Assembly: GCA_030827165.1 (NCBI GenBank)
Contig: JAURFB010000002.1
Location: 1,514 to 65,513, forward strand
DNA length: 64,000 nt
DNA from: Marivivens sp.
Lineage (GTDB): Bacteria; Pseudomonadota; Alphaproteobacteria; Rhodobacterales; Rhodobacteraceae
Reading direction: 5' to 3'
Shown: positions 9,291-17,983 of the stretch, in pieces
How positions within the stretch are numbered: position 1 is the stretch's first letter
Layout: each line of letters opens with the position of its first letter
Position numbers and translations under genes: made by a program
The notes under the pieces: generated by a model
Seen by the model: only the letters and a program-made list of their open reading frames with translations
Databases searched by the model: none
What the model was told of the DNA's origin: nothing

Positions 9291-10133
9291 ATGCGTTTCG
9301 CCGGAACAGAAAGCTACGTCGCCACCGACGACCTCAAAGTCGCGGTCAATGCCGCCGTGGCGCTGGAGCGCCCGCTTCTCGTCAAGGGCGAGCCGGGCAC
9401 CGGCAAGACGGAACTGTCGCGTCAGGTGTCGGACGCTCTTGGCCTTCCGATCATCGAATGGCACATCAAATCGACGACCAAGGCGCAACAGGGGCTTTAC
9501 GAATACGATGCGGTCAGCCGCCTGCGCGACAGCCAGCTGGGCGACGAGCGCGTCAACGACGTGAAGAATTATATCAAGAAGGGCAAGCTCTGGCAGGCGT
9601 TCGAGGCCGAAAGCAAGGTCGTCCTTCTGATCGACGAGATCGACAAGGCCGACATCGAATTTCCCAACGACCTTTTGCAAGAACTCGATCGGATGGAGTT
9701 TCACGTCTACGAGACTGGCGAGACGATCCGCGCCAGGCACAGGCCGGTCGTCATCATCACCTCGAACAACGAAAAGGAACTGCCCGACGCTTTCCTGCGC
9801 CGCTGTTTCTTTCACTATATCCGCTTCCCCGAGATGGAAGTGATGAAGCAGATCGTCGATGTTCATCATCCGGGGATCAAGGAACAGCTTCTGACCACCG
9901 CGCTGACACGGTTCTACGAGATCCGCGAGACGCCGGGGCTGAAAAAGAAGCCCTCGACCTCGGAAGTGCTCGATTGGCTCAAGCTTCTCTTGGCCGAAGA
10001 CCTGGGCGCCGACGATCTGCGCAAGGACGGTAATAACCTGCTGCCCAAATTGCACGGGGCGCTTTTGAAGAACGAACAAGACGTGCATCTGTTTGAGCGC
10101 CTCGCTTTCATGGCGCGATCCGGAAGGAACTAA
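9291..10133 (+). CDS. MoxR-family AAA+ ATPase (CoxD-like)
   Basis: It has Walker A (GEPGTGKT), Walker B (VLLIDEIDKAD) and ITSNNEKELPDAFLRRCF. The ATG at 9291 is preceded by AAGGAAGGAAG. The track extension to 9099 has no family support. Confidence 0.85.
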   Translation: MRFAGTESYVATDDLKVAVNAAVALERPLLVKGEPGTGKTELSRQVSDALGLPIIEWHIKSTTKAQQGLYEYDAVSRLRDSQLGDERVNDVKNYIKKGKLWQAFEAESKVVLLIDEIDKADIEFPNDLLQELDRMEFHVYETGETIRARHRPVVIITSNNEKELPDAFLRRCFFHYIRFPEMEVMKQIVDVHHPGIKEQLLTTALTRFYEIRETPGLKKKPSTSEVLDWLKLLLAEDLGADDLRKDGNNLLPKLHGALLKNEQDVHLFERLAFMARSGRN

Positions 10134-10136
10134 GCC

Positions 10137-10583
10137 ATGGGTGATCTCGTCATCCGCCCCCTTGAAGAGAAAGACCGCGACGATTGGGCGCGGCTTTGGA
10201 CCGGATATCTTCAATACTATGAAACCTCTGTTACATCAGAGGTTTACGAGTCAACCTTCGCGCGGCTTCTTGGTGATGACCCGCGCGATTTCAACTGTTT
10301 CGTGGCCGAGCTGGATGACCGGCTTGTCGGCCTGACCCACTACCTTTTTCACCGCCACGCCTGGCGGATCGAAGAGGTCTGTTATCTTCAAGATCTCTAC
10401 GCCGATCCCGAGGTGCGCGGCACAGGGATCGGGCGGGCGCTGATCGAGGCGGTCTATGCCGCGGCGGACAAACACGGCGCTCCGGCCGTTTATTGGCTGA
10501 CGCAGGATTTCAATACGACCGCGCGGCAGCTCTACGACCGGATTGCGAAGGTCTCGCCCTTCATTCGCTACAATCGGGCGTGA
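10137..10583 (+). CDS. GNAT family N-acetyltransferase
   Basis: The 148-aa ORF has the acetyl-CoA binding pattern LYADPEVRGTGIGRALIEAV. It starts 3 nt after the moxR-like stop. Confidence 0.8.
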   Translation: MGDLVIRPLEEKDRDDWARLWTGYLQYYETSVTSEVYESTFARLLGDDPRDFNCFVAELDDRLVGLTHYLFHRHAWRIEEVCYLQDLYADPEVRGTGIGRALIEAVYAAADKHGAPAVYWLTQDFNTTARQLYDRIAKVSPFIRYNRA

Positions 10584-11902
10584 TGCGGCGCGGGCTTGCC
10601 CTTGCGGCCCTGATTTCAGTCGCGGCTTGCGTTCAGGGTGGCGGGCCGAATGTCGGCACGCCGCCCTTTTCCGCAACGCCCGCGCCCAAGGCCTTGCGTT
10701 CCAACGCGTCGATGGCGGCCGATATTCTCGATCTGGCCTTCGCATTGGAATCCGGGCGCGAGGTCGAACGGCTGACTCGCTTCGAAGGGCCGATCGGCCT
10801 CCGCCTTGCCGGCGAGGCGCCTGCCTCGCTTTCCGCCGACCTGGGCCGCCTGCTTGTTCGTCTGAGCACCGAGGCGGGGATCGACATTCGCCAAACAGAC
10901 GACGTCCGCGCCGAAATCACAATCGAGGCGGTTCCCTCCGCCATCTTGCACCGCGCCGCGCCGGGCGCCGCCTGTTTCACCGTGCCCGAGGTCGAAAGCT
11001 GGCGCGCCTATGCCCTGGCCGGTTATCGCGCGCCCGATTGGGCCAGCCTTTCGGTCCGGCGGCGGGTCTCGGTTTTCCTGCCGTCCGATGCAGCCCCGCA
11101 AGAGGTCAGAAGTTGCCTCCATGAAGAGCTGGCGCAGGCACTTGGGCCGCTGAACGATCTTTATCGCCTGCCAGATTCGGTTTTTAACGACGACGACATG
11201 GAGGGCACGCTCACAGGCTTTGATATGCTCGCCCTGCGTGCGCTTTATGCTCCGGAACCGCGCAGCGGGATGAGCCGGTCCGAGGTTGCGGCGCGGCTTC
11301 CGGCGATCCTCGGGCGTCTCAACCCCTCAGGTGGAAGCGGCGGCGCGGCACAGGTTCAAGACGACGGACGCTGGCGGCATGATATCGAAACCGCCCTCTC
11401 TCCGGCCAACAGCCCCACGACCCGCATCGACGCCGCCGCGCGGGCAAGCCGGGCGAGCGAGCGCTTTGCCGCAGGCGCTCCACGCGCGGGCTTTGGCCCT
11501 TATGTCTATGGGCGGCAACTGATGTCGCGCGATCCAAGCGAGGCGCGTCGGCAGCTTGACATCGCCGCCCGCGCCTATGGTCAAAGCGCCCTGACCGCCA
11601 TTCAGGCCGCCCATGTGGCGGCGCAGCTCGCCCGCCTCGATTTGGCCGCGGGCGATGCCACATCGGCCCGCGACCGTGCCCGCTCCGCCAGTGACACCGC
11701 CGCGATCCACGAGGACGCCGCCCTTTACGCCGAGCTGGCACTGATCGAAGCGGAGGCTCTCGACAGGCTCGGGGATGCGTCGGCGGCCAAGGCCCTTCGT
11801 CTGGACAGACAGCCTGTCGCGCGCTACGGCTTTGGCTCTGACACCGCCATCGGGCTGATGCAGCGCGCCCTTGCCGCGCTTTGGCCCGCCAAGGAGAATT
11901 GA
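10583..11902 (+). CDS. Lipoprotein with a metallopeptidase-like HExxxQ segment (I recall it as DUF2927-like) and an Ala-rich C-terminal half
   Basis: The ATG overlaps the GNAT stop (TGATG). The signal and lipobox read MRRGLALAALISVAACVQG. It has LTRFEGPIGLRLAG...GIDIRQTD and SCLHEELAQALGPLNDLYRLPDSVFNDD. The family name comes from memory only. Confidence 0.6.
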   Translation: MRRGLALAALISVAACVQGGGPNVGTPPFSATPAPKALRSNASMAADILDLAFALESGREVERLTRFEGPIGLRLAGEAPASLSADLGRLLVRLSTEAGIDIRQTDDVRAEITIEAVPSAILHRAAPGAACFTVPEVESWRAYALAGYRAPDWASLSVRRRVSVFLPSDAAPQEVRSCLHEELAQALGPLNDLYRLPDSVFNDDDMEGTLTGFDMLALRALYAPEPRSGMSRSEVAARLPAILGRLNPSGGSGGAAQVQDDGRWRHDIETALSPANSPTTRIDAAARASRASERFAAGAPRAGFGPYVYGRQLMSRDPSEARRQLDIAARAYGQSALTAIQAAHVAAQLARLDLAAGDATSARDRARSASDTAAIHEDAALYAELALIEAEALDRLGDASAAKALRLDRQPVARYGFGSDTAIGLMQRALAALWPAKEN

Positions 11903-11906
11903 CCCC

Positions 11907-12077
11907 ATGATCTATCCTCTCGCCGGCCTGATCTTCGGAGCCATCCTCGGTGCCATCCGCGCCCGCCAGCGCGGTGGCAAGACCGCCGATCTCGTGCAAT
12001 GGTCGCTGGTCTTTGCGATGATTTTCGGCCTGATCGGCCTCTTCGCGATGATCTTGATCGACCGCAGCTATCAATAG
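11907..12077 (+). CDS. Small two-TM membrane protein (56 aa)
   Basis: The sequence is MIYPLAGLIFGAILGAIRARQRGGKTADLVQWSLVFAMIFGLIGLFAMILIDRSYQ. AAGGAG lies 10 nt upstream, inside the end of the preceding gene. There are 4-nt gaps to both neighbours. Confidence 0.45.
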   Translation: MIYPLAGLIFGAILGAIRARQRGGKTADLVQWSLVFAMIFGLIGLFAMILIDRSYQ

Positions 12078-12081
12078 CGCG

Positions 12082-13269
12082 ATGTTTCTGCCCTTTTTCG
12101 ACAACCTGCGGAAAGGGGGCGTGCCGGTATCCTTGCGCGAGTATCTCTCGTTTCTCGAAGCGATGGGAACCGGCCTTGCGACCTATGATACCGAGGCCTT
12201 CTACTATCTCGCCCGCGCGGTGATGGTGAAGGACGAGCGCAACATCGACAAGTTCGACCGCGCCTTCGCCGCGACCTTCTCTGGTCTTGAAAAGATCACT
12301 GCCGAACAGGTTCTCGAGGCGATCGACCTGCCGAAGGACTGGCTTGAAAAGCTGGCCGAAAAACATCTCAGCCCCGAAGAAAAAGCGCAGATCGAGGCGC
12401 TTGGCGGGTTCGACAAGCTGATGGAGACCCTGCGCCAGCGGCTGGCCGAGCAAAAGGGCCGCCATCAGGGCGGCTCGAAATGGGTCGGCACCGCCGGAAC
12501 CTCGCCCTTCGGCGCCCATGGCTACAATCCCGAGGGCGTTCGGATCGGTCAGGACCAAAGCCGCCACCTACGCGCCGTCAAGGTCTGGGACAAGCGCGAA
12601 TTCAAGAACCTTGACGAAACGGTCGAGCTTGGCACCCGCAACATCAAGGTGGCGCTCAAGCGCCTGCGCCGCTGGGCGAGGGACGGGGCGATGGACGAGC
12701 TTGATCTCGACGGCACGATCCGTGCCACGGCCGAGCACGGCTATCTCGACGTGCAAACCCGCCCCGAGCGGCGCAATGCGGTCAAGGTTTTGCTGTTCTT
12801 CGATGTCGGCGGCTCGATGGACCCGCATATCCGCGTGGTGGAAGAGCTGTTCTCCGCCGCCCGCGCCGAGTTCAAACACCTCGCGCATTTCTACTTCCAC
12901 AACTGCCTCTATGAAGGCATCTGGCGGGATAATGCGCGGCGCTGGAATGCCCAGACCCCCACTTGGGAGGTGCTGCGCACCTATGGGTCGGACTATAAGT
13001 GCATCTTCGTGGGCGACGCCTCGATGAGCCCCTACGAGATCGCCTTCGCCGGCGGCGCCAACGAGCATTGGAACGAAGAGGCGGGCGAGGTCTGGCTGCG
13101 ACGGGCCTTCGCGCAATGGCCCGCGCATCTTTGGATCAACCCCACGCCCGAAAGGTTCTGGACCCATTCGCAATCGACGCGCATGATCCAAGAGCTTATT
13201 GGCCCCGACCGGATGGTGCCGATGACGCTTGACGGGCTGGGCCGCGGCATGAGGGCGTTGGGCAGATGA
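12082..13269 (+). CDS. VWA domain-containing protein, CoxE-like
   Basis: The 395-aa ORF has VKVLLFFDVGGSMDPH (a MIDAS-like DxSxS variant) and YKCIFVGDASMSPYEI. The overall pattern is that of CoxE-type partners of MoxR ATPases. Confidence 0.8.
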   Translation: MFLPFFDNLRKGGVPVSLREYLSFLEAMGTGLATYDTEAFYYLARAVMVKDERNIDKFDRAFAATFSGLEKITAEQVLEAIDLPKDWLEKLAEKHLSPEEKAQIEALGGFDKLMETLRQRLAEQKGRHQGGSKWVGTAGTSPFGAHGYNPEGVRIGQDQSRHLRAVKVWDKREFKNLDETVELGTRNIKVALKRLRRWARDGAMDELDLDGTIRATAEHGYLDVQTRPERRNAVKVLLFFDVGGSMDPHIRVVEELFSAARAEFKHLAHFYFHNCLYEGIWRDNARRWNAQTPTWEVLRTYGSDYKCIFVGDASMSPYEIAFAGGANEHWNEEAGEVWLRRAFAQWPAHLWINPTPERFWTHSQSTRMIQELIGPDRMVPMTLDGLGRGMRALGR

Positions 13270-13619
13270 AAGACCGTATCAGCCGCATCCGAAAGCGTCA
13301 TCCACTGCTTCTGGCGCTCTTTGCCTTCGCTCTCGTGGCGATGGTCGGTTTCGGGGTGCGCACCGTGGGATTCTGGCTCTATTGGCGCCACCCCGACCAT
13401 CAGGAGCAGCCGATCGAAGCCTGGATGCCGCCGCGCTATGTAGGCATGAGTTATGGGATCCCGCCCGATGTCCTTGGCCCGCTTCTGGGGCTGGAACCGG
13501 GCGAGGATCGCCGCCTGACGATGGGCCAGATCGCCGCCGAGCGCGGGCAGAGCCTTGAAGAGCTTGCCGCCGGGATCAAGGCCGCCGCCGACGCCGCACG
13601 GGCCACCGGAGATCGGTAG
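13266..13619 (+). CDS. Hypothetical single-TM protein
   Basis: The ATG overlaps the VWA stop (ATGA). It has one TM segment (LLLALFAFALVAMVGFGV). I do not recognise a family. Confidence 0.5.
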   Translation: MKDRISRIRKRHPLLLALFAFALVAMVGFGVRTVGFWLYWRHPDHQEQPIEAWMPPRYVGMSYGIPPDVLGPLLGLEPGEDRRLTMGQIAAERGQSLEELAAGIKAAADAARATGDR

Positions 13620-14260
13620 TGGAAAGCTTTCTCGCCCTTGTTACCGACTATGGCGTCTGGATCCTCTTCGCGGTGACCTTTCTGAGCTGCCTTGCCATGC
13701 CCGTTCCCGCCTCGCTGATGATGCTGGCCGGTGGAGGCTTGGTCGCCTCGGGCGATCTGAGCGCCCTGCCGGTTGCCGGGGCCGCACTGAGCGGCGCGGT
13801 TCTTGGCGATCAGACCGGCTATGCCCTTGCCCGTTTGGCCGGCGGCGGACGCTTTGCGAAATGGGTCGGCCGCAAGCCGGCCCGCGCCAAGGCCATGACC
13901 CGAGCCCACGACATGACTGGCCGTTGGGGCAATCTCGGTATTTTCCTCAGCCGCTGGCTGGCGAGCCCTCTCGGGCCTTATGTCAACCTTGCCGCCGGGG
14001 TGATGCGGATCGATTGGCCGAGGTTTTTGTTCTGGGGCGCCATGGGCGAGATCGTCTGGGTCAGCGCCTATATCGGCATGGGCTATGTTTTTGCCGGTCA
14101 GGTGACGGCGGCGGCCGAAATCGCCGGCAATGCCTCGGGCTTTCTTGCCGCTGCGGCTGTGGTGATCGGGCTTGGCGCTTACCTATGGAAGATTGGGGCG
14201 GAAAAACCGCGTCGGCGCGGCAAAGGCCCCGAAACGGCCGCTCGCCCGCAGGATCATTAG
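13619..14260 (+). CDS. DedA/SNARE-associated family membrane protein
   Basis: A GTG start overlaps the preceding stop. The sequence YGVWILFAVTFLSCLAMPVPASLMMLAGG...GDQTGY is the DedA signature region. Confidence 0.8.
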   Translation: MESFLALVTDYGVWILFAVTFLSCLAMPVPASLMMLAGGGLVASGDLSALPVAGAALSGAVLGDQTGYALARLAGGGRFAKWVGRKPARAKAMTRAHDMTGRWGNLGIFLSRWLASPLGPYVNLAAGVMRIDWPRFLFWGAMGEIVWVSAYIGMGYVFAGQVTAAAEIAGNASGFLAAAAVVIGLGAYLWKIGAEKPRRRGKGPETAARPQDH

Positions 14261-14466
14261 TGGCGGGGATAGAGCGACATCAGGTCTTGAATCGAGCTGT
14301 TGGAGGTAAAGGCGTCGGGGTTGCGCTCGATCATGCCCCAAAGGTCCGCCCGCTCCTCGGCATCCTCAAGCGGGCTGAATTCGGGCCAGTGGAATATTCT
14401 TGCCAGAAGATCGCTCAGACGCGACACGACAGGTTCGATCCGGGGCAGCGTTTCGATATGGGCCAT
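14257..14466 (-). CDS. Hypothetical small protein (69 aa)
   Basis: The ORF is divergent from the LysR gene. I chose the start at MAHIETLP. No family is recognised, and coding status rests only on the ORF and its position. Confidence 0.35.
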   Translation of the reverse strand: MAHIETLPRIEPVVSRLSDLLARIFHWPEFSPLEDAEERADLWGMIERNPDAFTSNSSIQDLMSLYPRH

Positions 14467-14560
14467 TGCAATCATCCTTGTGAAAGCGTGTCTGTGGGCC
14501 AACTCTGCCAGCACCGGCTTGGCGCTAGTATCCCTCGTGAAATTGTGCTGCTATTCAAAA

Positions 14561-15460
14561 ATGAAGAGCGTTTTCGACTCATGGTCTGATCTGCGCGTCT
14601 TTCTCGCGGTCATGCGCGCAGGCTCAACGCTTGCTGCGTCAAAGCAGTTGCGCCAATCCCAGCCCACTGTCGCCCGCAGGATTGACGTCTTGGAACATGT
14701 CACGGGCCTCACGCTCTTTGAGCGCAGCACGCAAGGGCTCAGGCCGACCGAACACGCGATGGCCCTGTTGCCGCGCGCCGAAGCTGTAGAGGCTGCGATC
14801 GAAGCCTTCGAGGCCGCCGTCGACGGCCGATCCAGAACCACGACCTCGACCATCCGCATCACCGTAATCGGCATCGCCTTCAGCCCGCGTCTTGCCGCGA
14901 TCCTCGATGAGTTCAACGATGCCTATCCCGATGTGCGGTTCGAATTTGTCCCAAGCGACAGGATCTTGGACCTTTGCGCCGGCGAGGCCGACATCGCGAT
15001 CCGTCATGTCCTGACTGTGGACGATCCGCGCCTTGTCGCGCGGCAAATCTCGGTCACTCGGACGACGGTTTATTGCAGCCAGCGCTACGCGGCCAAACAC
15101 GGGATGCCAAAGGGGCCGGACGACCTTGCCGGCCACTCCTTCCTTCTCTACGAGCCCGGAGCCGGGGCGCGGCGGTTCAACGAGTGGCTCAAGGCACAGA
15201 TTACCTCTGATCAGGTTGCCGGAATTCAGCCTGACATTCCCTCGATGATCGTCGCGGTCCGCAGTGGGCTTGGCATTGGCGCGTTGCCGGTTGCGATGGC
15301 CGTCGACGCGCCCGAGCTTGTCCAGTGCTTCGACCCGCCGGCCGTGGGCTTGGCCTCGACATGGCTGGTCATCGGGCCAGGCGCCTATAAACGTCGCGAG
15401 GTGCGGGCTTTTGCCGATTTCCTCGCACCGCGGTATTCGGCGCGGATTGGCAATCGCTAG
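14561..15460 (+). CDS. LysR family transcriptional regulator
   Basis: The N-terminal HTH reads LRVFLAVMRAGSTLAASKQLRQSQPTVARRIDVLE and is followed by a LysR substrate-binding domain. The start is at MKSVFDSW (14561). Confidence 0.85.
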   Translation: MKSVFDSWSDLRVFLAVMRAGSTLAASKQLRQSQPTVARRIDVLEHVTGLTLFERSTQGLRPTEHAMALLPRAEAVEAAIEAFEAAVDGRSRTTTSTIRITVIGIAFSPRLAAILDEFNDAYPDVRFEFVPSDRILDLCAGEADIAIRHVLTVDDPRLVARQISVTRTTVYCSQRYAAKHGMPKGPDDLAGHSFLLYEPGAGARRFNEWLKAQITSDQVAGIQPDIPSMIVAVRSGLGIGALPVAMAVDAPELVQCFDPPAVGLASTWLVIGPGAYKRREVRAFADFLAPRYSARIGNR

Positions 15461-15506
15461 ATTGCATCGCCTTGCCCCCCGCCCGCATGCGCCCCATATC
15501 TAGGCC

Positions 15507-16193
15507 ATGTTGCGCTTTGTCCCGATCCTTCTGGCGATCATCTACGCCTATGCCTTCTGGCGGTTATCCGCGTGGCGGACGGTCAAGGACTTAAACGCCC
15601 GTTCGAGCGAATTGATGGACCCTGCCTTGCGGGATGTAACCGCGCGGCTGGCCAAGGCTCTCGATCTGCCGAAGGTGCGGGTGTTTCTCTATGAGAACCC
15701 GGTGGTCAACGGCCTCGCGGGGCCGGGCGGACAGATCTATATCACCCGCGGATTTCTGAGCAAAATGCACGCCGGCGAGGTGACGCCCGAGGAAATGGCC
15801 TCGGTCATCGCCCACGAGCTTGGCCATGTGGCTTTGGGCCATTCGCGCCGCCGGATGATCGACTTTTCGGGGCAGAACGCGATCCGCACCGCGCTTGCCA
15901 TGATACTGGGGCGGTTTCTGCCCGGCCTTGGCATGATCATCGCCAATGGGCTCATGTCGCTTCTGGCGGCCAAGCTCTCGCGCAGCGACGAATACGAGGC
16001 CGACGCCTACGCCACCGCGCTCTTGATCAAGGCCGGGATAGGATCGGGGCCGCAGGTAAGCCTTTTCCGCAAGCTTGACACGTTGACCGGCGCGGGCGGG
16101 AAAGGTCAGATCGCCTGGATGCTGAGCCACCCTGTCACCGACGACCGGATCGCCGCGATCGAGGCCAACGCCCTGAAATGGAAGCCGCGCTAG
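15507..16193 (+). CDS. M48 family zinc metallopeptidase
   Basis: It has an N-terminal TM segment, the HELGHV zinc motif and a downstream EYEAD. Confidence 0.85.
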   Translation: MLRFVPILLAIIYAYAFWRLSAWRTVKDLNARSSELMDPALRDVTARLAKALDLPKVRVFLYENPVVNGLAGPGGQIYITRGFLSKMHAGEVTPEEMASVIAHELGHVALGHSRRRMIDFSGQNAIRTALAMILGRFLPGLGMIIANGLMSLLAAKLSRSDEYEADAYATALLIKAGIGSGPQVSLFRKLDTLTGAGGKGQIAWMLSHPVTDDRIAAIEANALKWKPR

Positions 16194-16735
16194 CCGAGAT
16201 CGAGCGCCTTGCCCAGCCGAGGCAGGCGCGCCTTCTTCATCAGCTTGCGAAAGGTCCAATCCTCACCCGACAGGCGGATTGCTTCATCGAGAACACCGCG
16301 TGCGGCGGCGCGGACCTCGGTGGGATGAGCCACATAAAGCGAAAGGAGAAAGGCGTCGGGATCGAGCCGTTCAAGCCCTTCCTCGGCGAGAATGTTCTTG
16401 GGAAAATCCATCGCATTGACGGTCAGGATCGCGTCCGCGCTGGACGAGACCGCCGCCGCAAGAACATGAATGTCGGCTGGATCGGGAAGCCAGAGCCGCG
16501 CCTCGAGGCCCGCATGAGGCGGCACAATGGCCTTGGGAAAACGGGCTTTCAAAAGCGCCACCTCGCCGCGCGCCTGCATCTCGCCATCCGGCCCGAGCTT
16601 GGCGGCGGCGCGCGCCCATTCCTCGAGGATGCGCTCGCTCCATTTCGGCTCGAACTGGCCCTGCTCGGCCAGGGCCAGCACCACCTCGCGCATCACTGTC
16701 GGGAACAGCACGCAGGCGTCGATCACCACCCTCAT
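16190..16735 (-). CDS. PIN domain-containing protein (181 aa)
   Basis: It has MRVVIDACVLFP (first acidic PIN residue) and DIHVLAAAVSSSADAILTVNAMDF (distal PIN motifs), plus a C-terminal extension of about 60 aa. The ATG overlaps the upstream methyltransferase stop (ATGA). The track extension to 16909 is inside that gene. Confidence 0.75.
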   Translation of the reverse strand: MRVVIDACVLFPTVMREVVLALAEQGQFEPKWSERILEEWARAAAKLGPDGEMQARGEVALLKARFPKAIVPPHAGLEARLWLPDPADIHVLAAAVSSSADAILTVNAMDFPKNILAEEGLERLDPDAFLLSLYVAHPTEVRAAARGVLDEAIRLSGEDWTFRKLMKKARLPRLGKALDLG

Positions 16736-17940
16736 AGGCGGAAGAACACGGCCTTGAGATAGCCGCTCTCGGCAAGCTGCGGCATCATCGGATGATCGGG
16801 GCCGGCAAAACCGGTATAGATGATCTGGCCACGCCGCCCCGCCTTGCCGATCCCGCGGGCCGAGGCCGCGCGAAAGCGGGCAAGGTCGGCGGCATGGCTG
16901 CAAGAGCACAGGCCAAGATAGCCGCCGTCTTTCACCAAGGAGGCCGCCAGACGGGCGACCCGTTCATAGGCGCGAAGGCCGGCCTCGAGCGCCAGCTTGT
17001 TGGGTGCGAAGGCGGGGGGATCGCAGACCACCGCGTCGAAAGTCTCGCCCTCGGCGGCCAGTGCGGCCATCACGTCAAAGGCATCGCCCTGACGGGTCGA
17101 AAACCGGTCGCCCACGCCCATCGCCGCCGCGCCCTGCCCCGCCAGCGTCAGCGCCGGCGCAGAGCCATCGACGGCAAGCGCCGAGGACGCGCCACCGGCA
17201 AGCATGGCAAGGCCGAAACCGCCCACATGCGAAAACACATCCAGCACCCTCGCGCCGCGCGCAAGCGAGGCGGCAAAGGCGTGATTGGGCCGTTGATCAT
17301 AAAAGAGGCCGGTCTTTTGCCCGCCCATCACATCGGCCAGATAGATTGCGCCGTTCATCGGCACGGGGATCGGCGCGGTCGGGCCCAGCCCTGCGAGCAG
17401 GCGTGTCTCTTCCGAAAGCCCCTCGAGCCCGCGCGCCCGTCCGGTGCCATTGACAATGACGGTCGAAACCCCGGTGACCTCGGCCAAAGCCGCGCCAAGA
17501 TCGTCGATCCGCGCATCGGCCCAGGCGGCGTTGGGTTGAACCACCACCACATCCCCGAAACGGTCGATCACCACGCCCGGCAGGCCGTCGGCCTCGGCAT
17601 GGATCAGGCGGTAGAAGGGCTGGGAATAGAGCCGCGCGCGATGCGCCAGCGCCTTGGAGATCCTGCGCGCAAACCACGCCTTGTCGATCACCGCCGCCGG
17701 ATCGGCATCGAGCATCCGGCAGATGATCTTGGAGGCAGGATTGACCGCAACAAGGCCCATCGGCCGCCGCTCGGCATCCTCGAGAACCGCCACGGCCCCC
17801 GCAGGGATCGCCTTGGTGCGGCGGTCAGTCACCAGCTCATTGGCATAGACCCATGGAAACCCATGCCGGATGGCGCGGGCATCGGCCTTGGGCATGAGGC
17901 GAACAGTCGGGAGATCGGAAACAGATGAGGAGAGCGTCAT
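16732..17940 (-). CDS. Class I SAM-dependent RNA methyltransferase with N-terminal PUA-like domain (RlmI/RlmK-like)
   Basis: The 402-aa ORF has GFPWVYANEL at the N-terminus and a SAM-binding region (VLDVFSHVGGFGL...VVCDPPAF). GGAGGAGGG lies upstream of the ATG. Confidence 0.85.
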   Translation of the reverse strand: MTLSSSVSDLPTVRLMPKADARAIRHGFPWVYANELVTDRRTKAIPAGAVAVLEDAERRPMGLVAVNPASKIICRMLDADPAAVIDKAWFARRISKALAHRARLYSQPFYRLIHAEADGLPGVVIDRFGDVVVVQPNAAWADARIDDLGAALAEVTGVSTVIVNGTGRARGLEGLSEETRLLAGLGPTAPIPVPMNGAIYLADVMGGQKTGLFYDQRPNHAFAASLARGARVLDVFSHVGGFGLAMLAGGASSALAVDGSAPALTLAGQGAAAMGVGDRFSTRQGDAFDVMAALAAEGETFDAVVCDPPAFAPNKLALEAGLRAYERVARLAASLVKDGGYLGLCSCSHAADLARFRAASARGIGKAGRRGQIIYTGFAGPDHPMMPQLAESGYLKAVFFRL

Positions 17941-17983
17941 GCCCTCCTCCTAGTCGTTTTCGGGATCGGGCGGAAGGCCCGCT

